From a virus (taxonomy: Duplodnaviria; Caudoviricetes), in the IMG/VR virus record IMGVR_UViG_3300033153_009450, positions 1-61,278 of that record: 61,278 bases of DNA, one strand, 5' to 3'. The notes beneath the pieces are model-generated. The model did not search any database. It saw only the letters and a program-made list of their open reading frames with translations, and was not told where the DNA came from. Position 1 is the stretch's first letter, and each line of letters opens with the position of its first letter. This document shows, piece by piece, positions 9,393 to 18,636 of the stretch. A program made the position numbers and the translations under genes.

Positions 9393-10867
9393 ACCAGCTC
9401 CATTTGTTTGGGCCTTATCGCCTCGCCCTCGATCCTGGGTATTGCCAGGTCATCCAGATACTCCTGTTTTAAATCTATCCCGACAAAACGCCGGAAATGC
9501 TCAAGCGCAACCTTGCCTGTGGTGCCGGACCCTAAAAACGGATCGAGCACAACACACGGCGTAACATTTGCCTGACATTTACAGGTCTCTTCCCATTTTA
9601 CTGTTCCCGTATATGTTGACCCTCGCGGATATCCTTTCCAATTATTATCTTCATACATTTCCTTCTGCCCTGGTCCACCTCGCATACCTTTTTTAATAGA
9701 AACATCCTCCTGCGGAACAAACGCCCTCTTAACAACCCGCTTATAAGGCGCTCCACAGGATGCGCAACATCCCTTCTCGGATGTCCCGGCCAAAATGCAC
9801 GGCTCTACTAATTTTTCAGGGAAAGTGGCAAAATGCGCCCCAGGATAGGGCTGTGTGGGGATGGTCCAAACGCTTCGTTTATTTCGCGTACCTATCGCGG
9901 CCAGATCCTGCCGGGCCTTGGCATTTTTAATACACCCATCTGCGCTGTATGGCTGCAAGCCTGTCTCCCCATCGGATGCGATATTATATCTGGTATTTAG
10001 CCCTTTCTCGGCCTCGGCTAATCGCCGGGCCCTTTCATACTCAACCTGCGGTTCTTTGATAGCCTCTGCGTCATAAAAATAATGTTCTGATTTAGTAAGA
10101 AGGAAGAGATATTCATGGGCCTGGGTACACCGATCCTTTACGCTCTCCGGCATGGGATTAGGCTTATTCCAGATTATATCCTCTCGTAACCACCACCCAT
10201 CGGCCTGTAGAGCAAGGGCAATTCGCCAGGGGATGCCGACAAGATCTTTTTTCTTTAAATTTTTTAAGTCGCGGCCACGCGGGATTACTTTTGCTTTATC
10301 TCTTCTGAAACTGTTTCCTGTAGATGTAGGGTATGAGGCATAACTATCGCCCAAATTAAGCCAGCACGTCCCATCCTTCCGCAATACACGCCGGATCTCA
10401 CGGAATATTTGTACAATATGCTGAATATAAAGCTCCGGAGTCGGTTCAAGCCCCAGCGATCCGCGCCATGCCCCACAATTTTTACAGAAACGGCCTTGAG
10501 AACTTTCACCGATTTGAAAATTCCCGCTCTTGCCAACGCCTTGATGGTTTTCCTTGTAACTTTCATTAACCCATCCGCCGCCTTGCTGTTTAGCTGTCAA
10601 TTCTTCTCCCCAATCATGCCTACATTTTAATCTACCCTCACCATTACATTCCGGGCATTGATCTCTGCCTTTTCCACCTTCATATCCGCTACCCAAACAA
10701 TTAGTACAAACTGTCCCGAAATCATTCCAGACCTGCGGCTCGGTTTTATAATCCCGGAGGGACCAATAAGGAGGCGAGGTCACAACGCAATGCACGGACT
10801 CGGATTCCAGCTTCTTTAAAACCTCCAATACATGCCCCTGGTATATGGTATATTTATCTGCGTACAT
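9389..10867 (-). CDS. Site-specific DNA methyltransferase (N4-C/N6-A, beta class)
   Basis: TSPPY catalytic motif N-terminal, DPFLGSGTT SAM motif C-terminal, HFATFP. Confidence 0.93.
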   Translation of the reverse strand: MYADKYTIYQGHVLEVLKKLESESVHCVVTSPPYWSLRDYKTEPQVWNDFGTVCTNCLGSGYEGGKGRDQCPECNGEGRLKCRHDWGEELTAKQQGGGWVNESYKENHQGVGKSGNFQIGESSQGRFCKNCGAWRGSLGLEPTPELYIQHIVQIFREIRRVLRKDGTCWLNLGDSYASYPTSTGNSFRRDKAKVIPRGRDLKNLKKKDLVGIPWRIALALQADGWWLREDIIWNKPNPMPESVKDRCTQAHEYLFLLTKSEHYFYDAEAIKEPQVEYERARRLAEAEKGLNTRYNIASDGETGLQPYSADGCIKNAKARQDLAAIGTRNKRSVWTIPTQPYPGAHFATFPEKLVEPCILAGTSEKGCCASCGAPYKRVVKRAFVPQEDVSIKKGMRGGPGQKEMYEDNNWKGYPRGSTYTGTVKWEETCKCQANVTPCVVLDPFLGSGTTGKVALEHFRRFVGIDLKQEYLDDLAIPRIEGEAIRPKQMELV

Positions 10868-11120
10868 AAAAATGTGCTTCGCCTTCTATCCAGTGGGATA
10901 TGTTACCTTCTTCTACTAACTCTCCTAATGCCTCAAAGAACGGTGTTTTATCCCATGAAAATAAGGGATATCCTGTAAATTGTGTAAGCACTGTCCCGTG
11001 AACATCTAAACCGCCTAAAAAATCTTCATCAAAGTCCGAAGGCTGCCGTGTTTCACCATCGGAAAAATAATCAACAAGCCAGTTCTTGGCCAAATCTATC
11101 ATTCTTCTTCGTCTATCCAT
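10854..11120 (-). CDS. Hypothetical protein
   Basis: Overlapping operon ORF. Confidence 0.55.
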   Translation of the reverse strand: MDRRRRMIDLAKNWLVDYFSDGETRQPSDFDEDFLGGLDVHGTVLTQFTGYPLFSWDKTPFFEALGELVEEGNISHWIEGEAHFYVRR

Positions 11121-11497
11121 TTTACCGCCGCGTCATACGCCTCTTCGTATCCGTCACCCATTCGGGAATAAAGATCAGTCTGTAAATCCCTGCGAAGTTT
11201 CTTGAAACATCTATAGCAAAACGACTTCTTAGGCTTTTTCTCAGCTCCGCAATAACACTCATTACTCATCAGCGCATCGAGATATGGATTCTTATACTTC
11301 TTGACCGCAACATCCTTGACAATCGAATCCTTGCAAACCCGGATCTCAACAAAAGAATGAGAGCAATTATCCAACTCACCCTCATCAAACCACGCGCATT
11401 TCCTGTTCAGACATTTTATGATTCCCATTCGCCTGCCTCCTAAGATTAATAAAAACCAATTCCTCAACTGGTCCTTCCGCCTTGATACATCGCCCAT
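11099..11497 (-). CDS. Hypothetical Cys-rich protein (start probably at MGIIKC)
   Basis: CYCG...FCYRC motif; RBS before the internal Met. Confidence 0.55.
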   Translation of the reverse strand: MGDVSRRKDQLRNWFLLILGGRRMGIIKCLNRKCAWFDEGELDNCSHSFVEIRVCKDSIVKDVAVKKYKNPYLDALMSNECYCGAEKKPKKSFCYRCFKKLRRDLQTDLYSRMGDGYEEAYDAAVKWIDEEE

Positions 11498-11624
11498 CCT
11501 TCACCATTGCAACAAACAGGCACTTAGACCCACCGCTATTATGGTAATGGTTCATTCCCACGATTGACCACTCATCTAATGGCGGCTCTGTCCATGGGAG
11601 ATACATTTCATATTTAGGTTTCAT
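11385..11624 (-). CDS. Hypothetical protein
   Basis: WSIVGMNHY...LFVAMVKDGRCIKAEG, phage-like small protein. Confidence 0.6.
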   Translation of the reverse strand: MKPKYEMYLPWTEPPLDEWSIVGMNHYHNSGGSKCLFVAMVKDGRCIKAEGPVEELVFINLRRQANGNHKMSEQEMRVV

Positions 11625-11665
11625 TTAAAGCCATAGCCCCTTCCCGCCTTATGGTGTTGCCGCCT

Positions 11666-11884
11666 TCAACATTGGGCTTTAAAAACTCGAACAGGATAAG
11701 CCCCATCCCTGGCCCGCATAAATTCTTTTCCACATGTACAAACCCGGCCCCAGCTATCCACACAAATCACATCCTCACTACGAAGGCCAGCGGATGCAAA
11801 TTTACTCTTGGCGGTATCACACCAATTGTCAAAATCCGAGAATTGGAAAACCTCATCTCCCACTGTTATATTGATATCGTGCAT
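11666..11884 (-). CDS. Hypothetical protein
   Basis: ICVDSWGRVCTCGKEFMRARD motif. Confidence 0.6.
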   Translation of the reverse strand: MHDINITVGDEVFQFSDFDNWCDTAKSKFASAGLRSEDVICVDSWGRVCTCGKEFMRARDGAYPVRVFKAQC

Positions 11885-12035
11885 GATTCACCCAAACCGT
11901 TTCACGCCGAATATGACGGCATAGTTTAAAAGGCCCGCTGCCAGCCCGATATGCTTTAACGGAAATACCTTCATCACTTTCAAGATCAACCCGTTTCATT
12001 CCAGCAATATTTGCTTATAAGCCTGCTCTATTAAT

Positions 12036-12266
12036 TTAAGCGTATCCATTGTTTTCCCTTTCAGCTTCTTGCCCGCCGTTTGTGTGGCGGGTCAGCTTCT
12101 CTTCTCTCAATTCCTCTCCACAACCAGGACAATGGGTAATGACATCAAAACAGGTCTCTTTTTCTTCGCAATCGTCGCCGTCATCATGATAAACATTAAC
12201 GAATGCGTGACCATTCCACCTCAGATCAACCCAGATAACGTATCCGCATTGACAGAACTTTCTCAC
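12036..12266 (-). CDS. Hypothetical zinc-ribbon protein
   Basis: CQCG...HCPGCG. Confidence 0.55.
   Translation of the reverse strand: MRKFCQCGYVIWVDLRWNGHAFVNVYHDDGDDCEEKETCFDVITHCPGCGEELREEKLTRHTNGGQEAERENNGYA
12071..12092. repeat. Family C palindrome, representative copy
   Basis: GCCCGCCGTTTGTGTGGCGGGT; also near 576, 15193, 18267, 19764, 19798, 24343, 24367, 24413, 38325, 39330, 55520 and 56232. Confidence 0.85.
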
Positions 12267-12586
12267 TATGCCGGATCCGTGAATAATAAATCCTGCAACC
12301 TATCAATCTCCGCCGCAATCAAAGCCCCGGCAATTTCTAATCTACGGATTCTTTGGTGTTTAGCTCGTTTGTCCCAAATAGGGTCCCACCAATCTGGCCA
12401 GGGATCTATGAAGCGATACACACCCGGCGGCCCGCCGAGGCATTTATAGATATTTGCCGGCGCTGCATAACAACAAGCGCACCAGGCCAGCTCATTATTT
12501 CTAAATATAACATCATGTCCTGCCGTAAAGCCTTCTTCCTCTATCTGCCGCTTCCTCTCAGCAGCGATCAATTCCACTCCAGTCAT
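12266..12586 (-). CDS. Conserved phage hypothetical protein
   Basis: IAAERKRQ...GFTAGHD...AGALIAAEIDRL family pattern. Confidence 0.75.
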   Translation of the reverse strand: MTGVELIAAERKRQIEEEGFTAGHDVIFRNNELAWCACCYAAPANIYKCLGGPPGVYRFIDPWPDWWDPIWDKRAKHQRIRRLEIAGALIAAEIDRLQDLLFTDPA

Positions 12587-12598
12587 ACTAACCCCCTT

Positions 12599-12811
12599 TC
12601 AAAGTTTTCCATCGGGCAAACCGGAAACATAGTTTGCCTTTGTTCGCCAAAGAGCATGGCATGTGCGACAAAACACCCCGGAATAATCGCTGTATGTTTT
12701 CCGGTATCCGTTAAAAGCTGAATAATTGCAGTACCGCATATATACAATCCAGTTCCGTTCATGGACTGGTTTTTTCCTTTCTTCACAATGACAAGCTCCC
12801 GGGCCGCTCAT
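12599..12811 (-). CDS. Hypothetical zinc-binding protein
   Basis: NYSAFNGY...SDYS...CRTCHALWRTKANYV; start overlaps the upstream stop (ATGA). Confidence 0.6.
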   Translation of the reverse strand: MSGPGACHCEERKKPVHERNWIVYMRYCNYSAFNGYRKTYSDYSGVFCRTCHALWRTKANYVSGLPDGKL

Positions 12812-13107
12812 AAACTCACTCCCCCATCCTGTTTAGGCTCAATACCCACTTCCTCAATGAGCCATTTGTCCATACAATCAAGGCAAGTATAATACCGCTC
12901 CCATTCTCCATCCACCAAAGCGGAATCGTATTTTGCCTTTTTTCCAATAGGTATTTCATGTGGTTTGTTGCCGATTAAATCAGCCAAAAAGCAGGGGTGT
13001 GTTTTTCTGACTTTTACTATTTTGAAGGTGTGACAACGGATATCGACATCCCTATCAGAGCCACTAAAAGGGTCATTGTTTAAATACACATCATCAGTGA
13101 ATTTCAT
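12808..13107 (-). CDS. Hypothetical protein
   Basis: KVRKTHPC...CLDC; GGAG RBS. Confidence 0.6.
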   Translation of the reverse strand: MKFTDDVYLNNDPFSGSDRDVDIRCHTFKIVKVRKTHPCFLADLIGNKPHEIPIGKKAKYDSALVDGEWERYYTCLDCMDKWLIEEVGIEPKQDGGVSL

Positions 13108-13142
13108 ATCTCTCCTTCAGCCTTCTACCTTCTACCTTCTTC

Positions 13143-14045
13143 CTACCATCCCAATTCATTCCACACCTTTCCATCAAGCATCCGGCCTGCTACTTTCTTG
13201 CCGACTCTCATCATTTGGATACAGTTGTATGGATAGGCGTAGTCATAGCTTTCACCGTCGATATGCACCCATTTACGTTTAGGAGTACTCCCGGATGGCC
13301 AAACAAAATCGAAATCGTCCGGACAGTACTCTCCCCACTGCTTGAAAAAGAAAGGGACCATCGCTTCTTGGCATTGCTCGCGAATAGACCTCACCCATTC
13401 CGGGTGCATGGGCCGCGCATCTGATCCTGATTCACCACCGACAATTACCCAGTCAATTCCCTCGCCGCCGAATTGAGGATCCGCGCAATAATCAATTATA
13501 CTAATCGGCCCTAAAAGCGGCTCGAAATTAACAAACAGATTCCCTTTAATCTTTAGCAGTTCCTGTATCCGCCATGCATACTTTGCTAATTCGACACTCA
13601 CGCCAAACCATACATTAGGCCCTATGTGCAACCAGTGCTCGATAGATCGGAAAAACTTCCTCATCAGGTCGGGGCGCTTCGTAAGAATAAGGTAAGTGTG
13701 CTGACTGGCAACCGCCATGGCCTCAAAAGCCCGGATCTGAAACTCGTACTGCACAAGCGGATGAAACAGATCATTCCAGACAGAATATGTTTTCGGCTCC
13801 TGACGCGGTGTGACTTTATCCAGGTCTTCCCACATCAAACGGATCTTGCCGGTCCACTTACCATTTGAACCAGTAAGTTCTTTGTGCCTCGCACTAACCT
13901 TCTCATTCGGATTATTCTCCCGCATATGAGATGCAGTTGCAGCCCAGCAATGAGCACACCCCTCGGAAACAGGCGAACATCCCTCGACAAGCGACAACGC
14001 CCTATCCCAGTACAATCCTTTTTCAATCCGCTTAATATCCGTCAT
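13143..14045 (-). CDS. Phage Gp37/Gp68 (DUF5131) radical-SAM-like protein
   Basis: GCSPVSEGCAHCWA, DLFH, LTKRP, EPLLG, WVIVGGESG, PFFFKQWG. Confidence 0.92.
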   Translation of the reverse strand: MTDIKRIEKGLYWDRALSLVEGCSPVSEGCAHCWAATASHMRENNPNEKVSARHKELTGSNGKWTGKIRLMWEDLDKVTPRQEPKTYSVWNDLFHPLVQYEFQIRAFEAMAVASQHTYLILTKRPDLMRKFFRSIEHWLHIGPNVWFGVSVELAKYAWRIQELLKIKGNLFVNFEPLLGPISIIDYCADPQFGGEGIDWVIVGGESGSDARPMHPEWVRSIREQCQEAMVPFFFKQWGEYCPDDFDFVWPSGSTPKRKWVHIDGESYDYAYPYNCIQMMRVGKKVAGRMLDGKVWNELGW

Positions 14046-14302
14046 TTTTCCTCCGGAGGAACAAACCCCTTTTTATCCAAACCCAACACTTGAATATCCG
14101 CCTCAGTATGCAAGGTGAACCCCGGATCAGTTCCAAGATCCACTAACCTTTCTTTGGCATTAATGTGGCAAAAAGCATGTTTATCAAGCCATTCTAAAAT
14201 TCCATTATCTCGGGTAGTAATTCCTGTTGACGGAAAATATTTCAAAAGCGTTCTCCAACCGCCACAACCAGTACAACGTATGAACACACGATCATTTGCC
14301 AT
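14042..14302 (-). CDS. Hypothetical protein
   Basis: MANDRVFIRCTGCG; overlaps the next start. Confidence 0.6.
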   Translation of the reverse strand: MANDRVFIRCTGCGGWRTLLKYFPSTGITTRDNGILEWLDKHAFCHINAKERLVDLGTDPGFTLHTEADIQVLGLDKKGFVPPEEK

Positions 14303-14340
14303 CCTTCTTTTCCTTTGAGCTTTCAGCTTTGAGCTTCTTA

Positions 14341-14625
14341 TTACACCGGCCTTAGAGTAACCTTCCCGTTTGGTCTGGCAGCTATAACTTTATACGTTGC
14401 CTCTTCCACTTGTCCGCCGTCCTTGTGGTGGACGGTGATTGTCATACCCCTTTTCAACCGGAACACCCGGACTTCCTTAACATTCGGATCATCCAGGTGC
14501 GCTTCTATTTTTCTCTCGTTATACCGCTCAACCATTCGTCTGGTCCCATCGTGTTCAATCGCCTGCATTAATAGCTTCCTCCCCTCCCCGCACTTTGCCT
14601 CAAAGTGCGGGGTACTCAAACTCAA
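14341..14625 (-). CDS. Hypothetical protein
   Basis: ORF in operon; start uncertain. Confidence 0.5.
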   Translation of the reverse strand: MSLSTPHFEAKCGEGRKLLMQAIEHDGTRRMVERYNERKIEAHLDDPNVKEVRVFRLKRGMTITVHHKDGGQVEEATYKVIAARPNGKVTLRPV

Positions 14626-14947
14626 TCCTGTTCACTTTCGTCTCAGGAGTACACTTCTTCTGTGACTCGCAGAAAGCATCAATAAATTCCTCCACACTCC
14701 AACCCCAGAAACCTTCCTTCTCAACATCATTTTCGTCTATTGCTGATAACGGTTCTCCCCTGGTTGTCAAAATGCGAATCGGACAAATGCGTTTTATTTT
14801 CTCACCCTTCTTTAGGCCCTGGGCCTTCTCTACCGCATTAACGATGTCCCCGGGTTTAAGAAACCACCAACCCAACCGTCTTGTAACCGTCTTAAATCTG
14901 CCTCTGACCTGCTGAGTCGTCATAGAGAAAGACATATTCCGTGGCAT
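14600..14947 (-). CDS. ASCH-domain protein
   Basis: KTVTRRLGW...LKPGD...EGF...RIEF. Confidence 0.8.
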   Translation of the reverse strand: MPRNMSFSMTTQQVRGRFKTVTRRLGWWFLKPGDIVNAVEKAQGLKKGEKIKRICPIRILTTRGEPLSAIDENDVEKEGFWGWSVEEFIDAFCESQKKCTPETKVNRIEFEYPAL

Positions 14948-14952
14948 GTTCC

Positions 14953-15189
14953 CTACCTAACCAGTCCGCACCGACCTTTTTTTACAATACCTATATCATC
15001 AGGTTCTTCAGTCGCTGCTGGGCTCTCATCAATCCACATCATGCATCTATCGGTAATGCATGTGCACATATGATCATCTTTACCTCGATTAATAGCAGGA
15101 CGTCCTCTATCGTTGTCATAAATCCCAATTACTCTCGCGAATGGGCACCATCGTTTTTCAGCCTTTTCGACACTATGGACTGATTTTAC
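14953..15189 (-). pseudogene. Cys-rich phage protein frame lacking a canonical start
   Basis: Hand translation VKSVHSVEKAEKRWCPFAR...CITDRCMMW...GRCGLVR*, preceded by an in-frame TAA. Confidence 0.45.
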
Positions 15190-15324
15190 TTACCCGCCGT
15201 CAGTATGGCGGGAAAGCCCCCCGTCCGGCCTGCAACCCCTTAGCTGCCTCTCGGTCAGTCAGCAGCTTGCAGGTTATCGACTTGCCCGCCATAGCTTTAG
15301 CATAGGCGGGAACGGGGAGCTTCA

Positions 15325-15654
15325 TTAACTGCGTTTTTTCCAAAAACATATCTCCAATTTAGCCTTCACGGCTTTGTCACCATATCTTCGACATGCAGCC
15401 CATTTCTTCCGGGTGTTTTTCTCGTGATCTCGAATCGCACACTGGCGGGTATCAGTAAACGATGAAAAGTAAAAGCCTATTTTGGGATTCCAGATCGCCC
15501 ATCCAAACTCTTTATTTTTGTCTTCACAAACTTGAGAAACATCAATCTTATGATCTGGATCGAAAATCCTCGGTCCTTGCTCATAACACCATGACGGGAC
15601 ATAGGGACTTTCATCACTCGGCCCTGGATTCGACTCACTCACTGGTCCTGGCAT
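15325..15654 (-). CDS. Hypothetical protein
   Basis: AAGGAG RBS, 109 aa. Confidence 0.55.
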   Translation of the reverse strand: MPGPVSESNPGPSDESPYVPSWCYEQGPRIFDPDHKIDVSQVCEDKNKEFGWAIWNPKIGFYFSSFTDTRQCAIRDHEKNTRKKWAACRRYGDKAVKAKLEICFWKKRS

Positions 15655-15683
15655 TATATTTCTCCTTAAGGCATATCATCGAG

Positions 15684-15965
15684 CTAACCAGTTGCTCTCT
15701 GGTTATCTTTGATTATCCATTCGTCAATAATCTCTTGAGCTTCTTTTTCGCTCATATCCCACAAATCTCTACTCGTTATATGAGACCAGCTAATACCCCT
15801 AACCACAGCATACAACTCACGAGGCGATAGGCCACCACGTTCAGCAAGTTGTTTTAGGGATTGGCTATGATTACGTTTTGCTTGAGATTCACGGGAAGCT
15901 ACTAAAGACCAAGGGACGCTTTTTCGCCATTGATGAAATTCACTCAATATTGGAAACTCCTTCAT
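15684..15965 (-). CDS. Conserved phage hypothetical protein
   Basis: VPW...QAKRNHSQSLKQLAERGGLSPREL. Confidence 0.7.
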   Translation of the reverse strand: MKEFPILSEFHQWRKSVPWSLVASRESQAKRNHSQSLKQLAERGGLSPRELYAVVRGISWSHITSRDLWDMSEKEAQEIIDEWIIKDNQRATG

Positions 15966-15995
15966 TACTTGCCTTCACCCTTCAATCTTGAGCTT

Positions 15996-16223
15996 TCAGC
16001 TTTCAGCTATGAGCTTTTCCTTTCTCTGCAACCACTGAGGAACCCAAGCCTCTAATATTTCTTCGTCACCTTCTTTATACCGATATAAAGAAACGGCCCA
16101 CTTAGCACACCAGACAATTATTGGGCCTTTGGCCGTATCAAGAACCAGCCGGATATCGTCATCATCTCTCACCGGTTCTTCAAGCACCCGGTACGGATCT
16201 CTTATCGAATGTCCCCGCTCCAT
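15996..16223 (-). CDS. Hypothetical protein
   Basis: GAGG RBS, packed in operon. Confidence 0.5.
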   Translation of the reverse strand: MERGHSIRDPYRVLEEPVRDDDDIRLVLDTAKGPIIVWCAKWAVSLYRYKEGDEEILEAWVPQWLQRKEKLIAES

Positions 16224-16782
16224 CCTCTTTCAATCCCCGGACGATATATGCCAGAGCCTGATGTTCGACAGTACGGATATGGACAACAGCGCTCTGCTCT
16301 AAATTGTCTATGAGATCAGGATAAAGTGTCGTATCAATAAATAATCCCTTCGTAGACCCTAAGCCAGCCGAAGGGTTTTCTTTCGATTCCGGTTCAGTTT
16401 TCACCTTAGCCACCGGCGGAATCGGTTCCGGTTTTATTGTTTCCTTGGCCTTCTTATTTCGGTTTTTATAACGATCCTTTGCCTGTTTGGCCCGGCAAGC
16501 CTTACACGTATTTTCATGTCCGTCTTTGCAGCCCTCATGTTTGGGGAATTCATCCAATACCTTTTCCTCACCACATGCGTGACACTCTTTACGCGGCTGA
16601 TTATCAATATCTTTCGTTCCACCCCTCCCTTTGTCCGCCTTAGCCTCTTGGCGGCGGCGATTAGCGGCGGCGGATTGCCCGCCATAGCTCGTTAGAGCGG
16701 CGGCGGATTCTTTCGTAAGGCAAAGCGCACATTGCCCTTTAGGCAGTCCGTGTTTGCATCGTTTTTTTTCGTTCTCGCCCAT
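16180..16782 (-). CDS. Zinc-finger protein
   Basis: CKHG...CALC and KECHACGEEK...F...DG...CKAC. Confidence 0.6.
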   Translation of the reverse strand: MGENEKKRCKHGLPKGQCALCLTKESAAALTSYGGQSAAANRRRQEAKADKGRGGTKDIDNQPRKECHACGEEKVLDEFPKHEGCKDGHENTCKACRAKQAKDRYKNRNKKAKETIKPEPIPPVAKVKTEPESKENPSAGLGSTKGLFIDTTLYPDLIDNLEQSAVVHIRTVEHQALAYIVRGLKEDGAGTFDKRSVPGA

Positions 16783-16788
16783 CTTCCT

Positions 16789-17010
16789 TCAGCTCACTTT
16801 TTCCAGTTTCTTAATCCGTCTTTTTAGATTCTCAATCATAGTCGCCCGGTTCTGATTTTGATTTTCGTAGTGCAGGCATAAATCCAACACGGTTAAATCT
16901 GTCTCATTCTCGATGCTATATTTGGCATCTTCTACCGACGTACAGCATATCCACTCTATCCGTTCTTTGTATTTTGTCATTTTACCTCTAACCCCCTTTA
17001 TCTGTGTCAA
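16789..17010 (-). CDS. Hypothetical protein
   Basis: Helical small ORF; start probably at MTKYK. Confidence 0.5.
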   Translation of the reverse strand: MTQIKGVRGKMTKYKERIEWICCTSVEDAKYSIENETDLTVLDLCLHYENQNQNRATMIENLKRRIKKLEKVS

Positions 17011-17176
17011 TCTGCGTTAATCTGCGTCCTAAATCCCTCGCCCATAAATTAGAAAGCCATGCGCAAGCGGTGAACGCCCCGAATCCGATCAAATTCACCC
17101 ACGGAAACCATCCGCCTTCATTCGCTGCTAATACAATCCCCACAAGAAATAGCGTGATACAGATACCTGCTTTCAT
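16988..17176 (-). CDS. Small two-TM membrane protein
   Basis: MKAGICITLFLVGIVLA...WFPWVNLIGFG. Confidence 0.5.
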   Translation of the reverse strand: MKAGICITLFLVGIVLAANEGGWFPWVNLIGFGAFTACAWLSNLWARDLGRRLTQIDTDKGG

Positions 17177-17417
17177 AAATATGTCTCCAGATATTTTCTT
17201 TAAAAACAGCATACGCTTTGCTGTTTACACCATCTTCCAAAAATGCAATCTCACTCTCCAAATAACAAACCGCCCTGTGAAGGGCAGGGTAAGCGGGCGA
17301 ATACCAGCATTCCATAACGTCATTCCCGCGTAGGCGGGAATCCAGCAATGGCGCAATAAACACTATCGCTATTAAAACAATTAAAAATAGTAAAAATTTC
17401 CTAAAGAGGAATCTCAT
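17118..17417 (-). CDS. Membrane-anchored hypothetical protein
   Basis: MRFLFRKFLLFLIVLIAIVFIA hydrophobic N-terminus; contains an in-frame palindrome (LDSRLRGND). Confidence 0.4.
   Translation of the reverse strand: MRFLFRKFLLFLIVLIAIVFIAPLLDSRLRGNDVMECWYSPAYPALHRAVCYLESEIAFLEDGVNSKAYAVFKENIWRHIYESRYLYHAISCGDCISSE
17319..17345. repeat. Family E palindrome (GTCATTCC...GGAATCCAG)
   Basis: Also at 649 and 25817. Confidence 0.85.
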
Positions 17418-17514
17418 CAATCCTGTTCTCCGCCGCGCTCCGCAACAGCCCGGCAACCACCAACCCGATGGCAACACCGACAAATAAACATATCGCACAA
17501 TAAATCCAACACAT
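17401..17514 (-). CDS. Small single-TM protein (37 aa)
   Basis: GGGAGG RBS; MCWIYCAICLFVGVAIGLVVAGLLRSAAE; below the ORF-track cutoff. Confidence 0.55.
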   Translation of the reverse strand: MCWIYCAICLFVGVAIGLVVAGLLRSAAENRIDEIPL

Positions 17515-17529
17515 GATTATGCCTCCCTT

Positions 17530-18030
17530 TCATGAGTACCCAATAACTAATTGAACCTGTCTTGGATTTTCATGTATTTCCTTCATAGCCTCATTCAACG
17601 CCTTTAAGCCTTTCCTTCGACAACGGTCACGCCAATTAATAAGATTTGCGGCCATCTGTCTTTTGCAACCAAATACTCCACATTTTACGGTTCTACACAT
17701 AGACCTGAGTTTCTTGCCCGAAAAATCCTTAACCATCTGTTCAATGCCTGGGTCCGGTCCGAAAAGGAAAGACATGTCTTCCCCCCGCTTTTCCATTTCG
17801 ATTGCTTCTCGATAGCCGATAAGATTGTCTTTGGTCCTGTAAGCAATGAGCATGTGCCTAATCTCGTAGCAATTAGCTATGCGTTGAACCAATAAAGCCT
17901 TGGATCCAGACTTAGAAACGCCAATCAAAATAGCGATGCATTCCAACTCGTCTTTTTTTAAACCCGAGAGGTTGCCCGTATTGCATGGTTCCTTCCCGGT
18001 AATGATCTGTTTTAAGATATATGATCCCAT
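17530..18030 (-). CDS. Protein with SAP-like DNA-binding motif(s)
   Basis: LKKDELECIAILIGVSKSGSKALLVQRI. Confidence 0.55.
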   Translation of the reverse strand: MGSYILKQIITGKEPCNTGNLSGLKKDELECIAILIGVSKSGSKALLVQRIANCYEIRHMLIAYRTKDNLIGYREAIEMEKRGEDMSFLFGPDPGIEQMVKDFSGKKLRSMCRTVKCGVFGCKRQMAANLINWRDRCRRKGLKALNEAMKEIHENPRQVQLVIGYS

Positions 18031-18039
18031 CCTTTTGTC

Positions 18040-18258
18040 TCACGCCGCGATCTTCACGGGCTCGCATGACCTTCTTTCCGCCAACTTTGCCATACATACC
18101 TGGCAATTCTCCGGGATATCATCATAACCCTGAGTAAGATCCACATCCTGATCAATCCACCACAGCCTGCACAAAGACCGATTGTTAATAAAATAATGTC
18201 TCTTCTTGCAACCAGTCCGCCAACCCCATCCTTCACTCATGATCTCTCTCTTAAACAT
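18040..18258 (-). CDS. Hypothetical zinc-binding protein
   Basis: EGWG...HYF...SLC...CQVC. Confidence 0.6.
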   Translation of the reverse strand: MFKREIMSEGWGWRTGCKKRHYFINNRSLCRLWWIDQDVDLTQGYDDIPENCQVCMAKLAERRSCEPVKIAA

Positions 18259-18289
18259 CTAATCTTGCCCGCCGGGTGTGTGGCGGGTC

Positions 18290-18349
18290 TGGCAGGTTAA
18301 CCTCTGGCATCCCAACGTGAACCTCTGGCGTCTTGAGGTTAACCTGCCA
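18290..18349. promoter_or_regulatory. Perfect 15-bp inverted repeat with internal direct repeat
   Basis: TGGCAGGTTAACCTC (18290-18304) and GAGGTTAACCTGCCA (18335-18349); AACCTCTGGC occurs twice. Confidence 0.6.
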
Positions 18350-18360
18350 ATGAAAAAAAA

Positions 18361-18636
18361 TTAGGGCAACTTCTCCATCAGGGAAACAATTGCATCCCTG
18401 TACTTTCGGAGGTTGCCCTCATGCTCGTACCATTCGATATAAAACTTTGTTGCCCGGCGGATCAGTTCGGCGATTGTGATACCCTCGGCATAGGCCAGCT
18501 TATTGAGAAATTCTTTCTCCGAAAATGTGGCCTTCATGGCAACCGGGTTAGATCTCGATTCCGGTGGACCGCTTTCGTTGATAATCACGGTGTCGATGTT
18601 ATTATCGGAAAACAGATTGTTCTGTTTCATGCTCAC
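18361..18636 (-). CDS. Ribbon-helix-helix regulator (CII position)
   Basis: MKATFSEKEFLNKLAYAEGITIAELIRRA. Confidence 0.7.
   Translation of the reverse strand: MSMKQNNLFSDNNIDTVIINESGPPESRSNPVAMKATFSEKEFLNKLAYAEGITIAELIRRATKFYIEWYEHEGNLRKYRDAIVSLMEKLP

Noticed and set aside
15230-15275. Hammerhead ribozyme (CTGACTGA)
   Set aside because: No complete CUGANGA/GAAA/UH core with three stems
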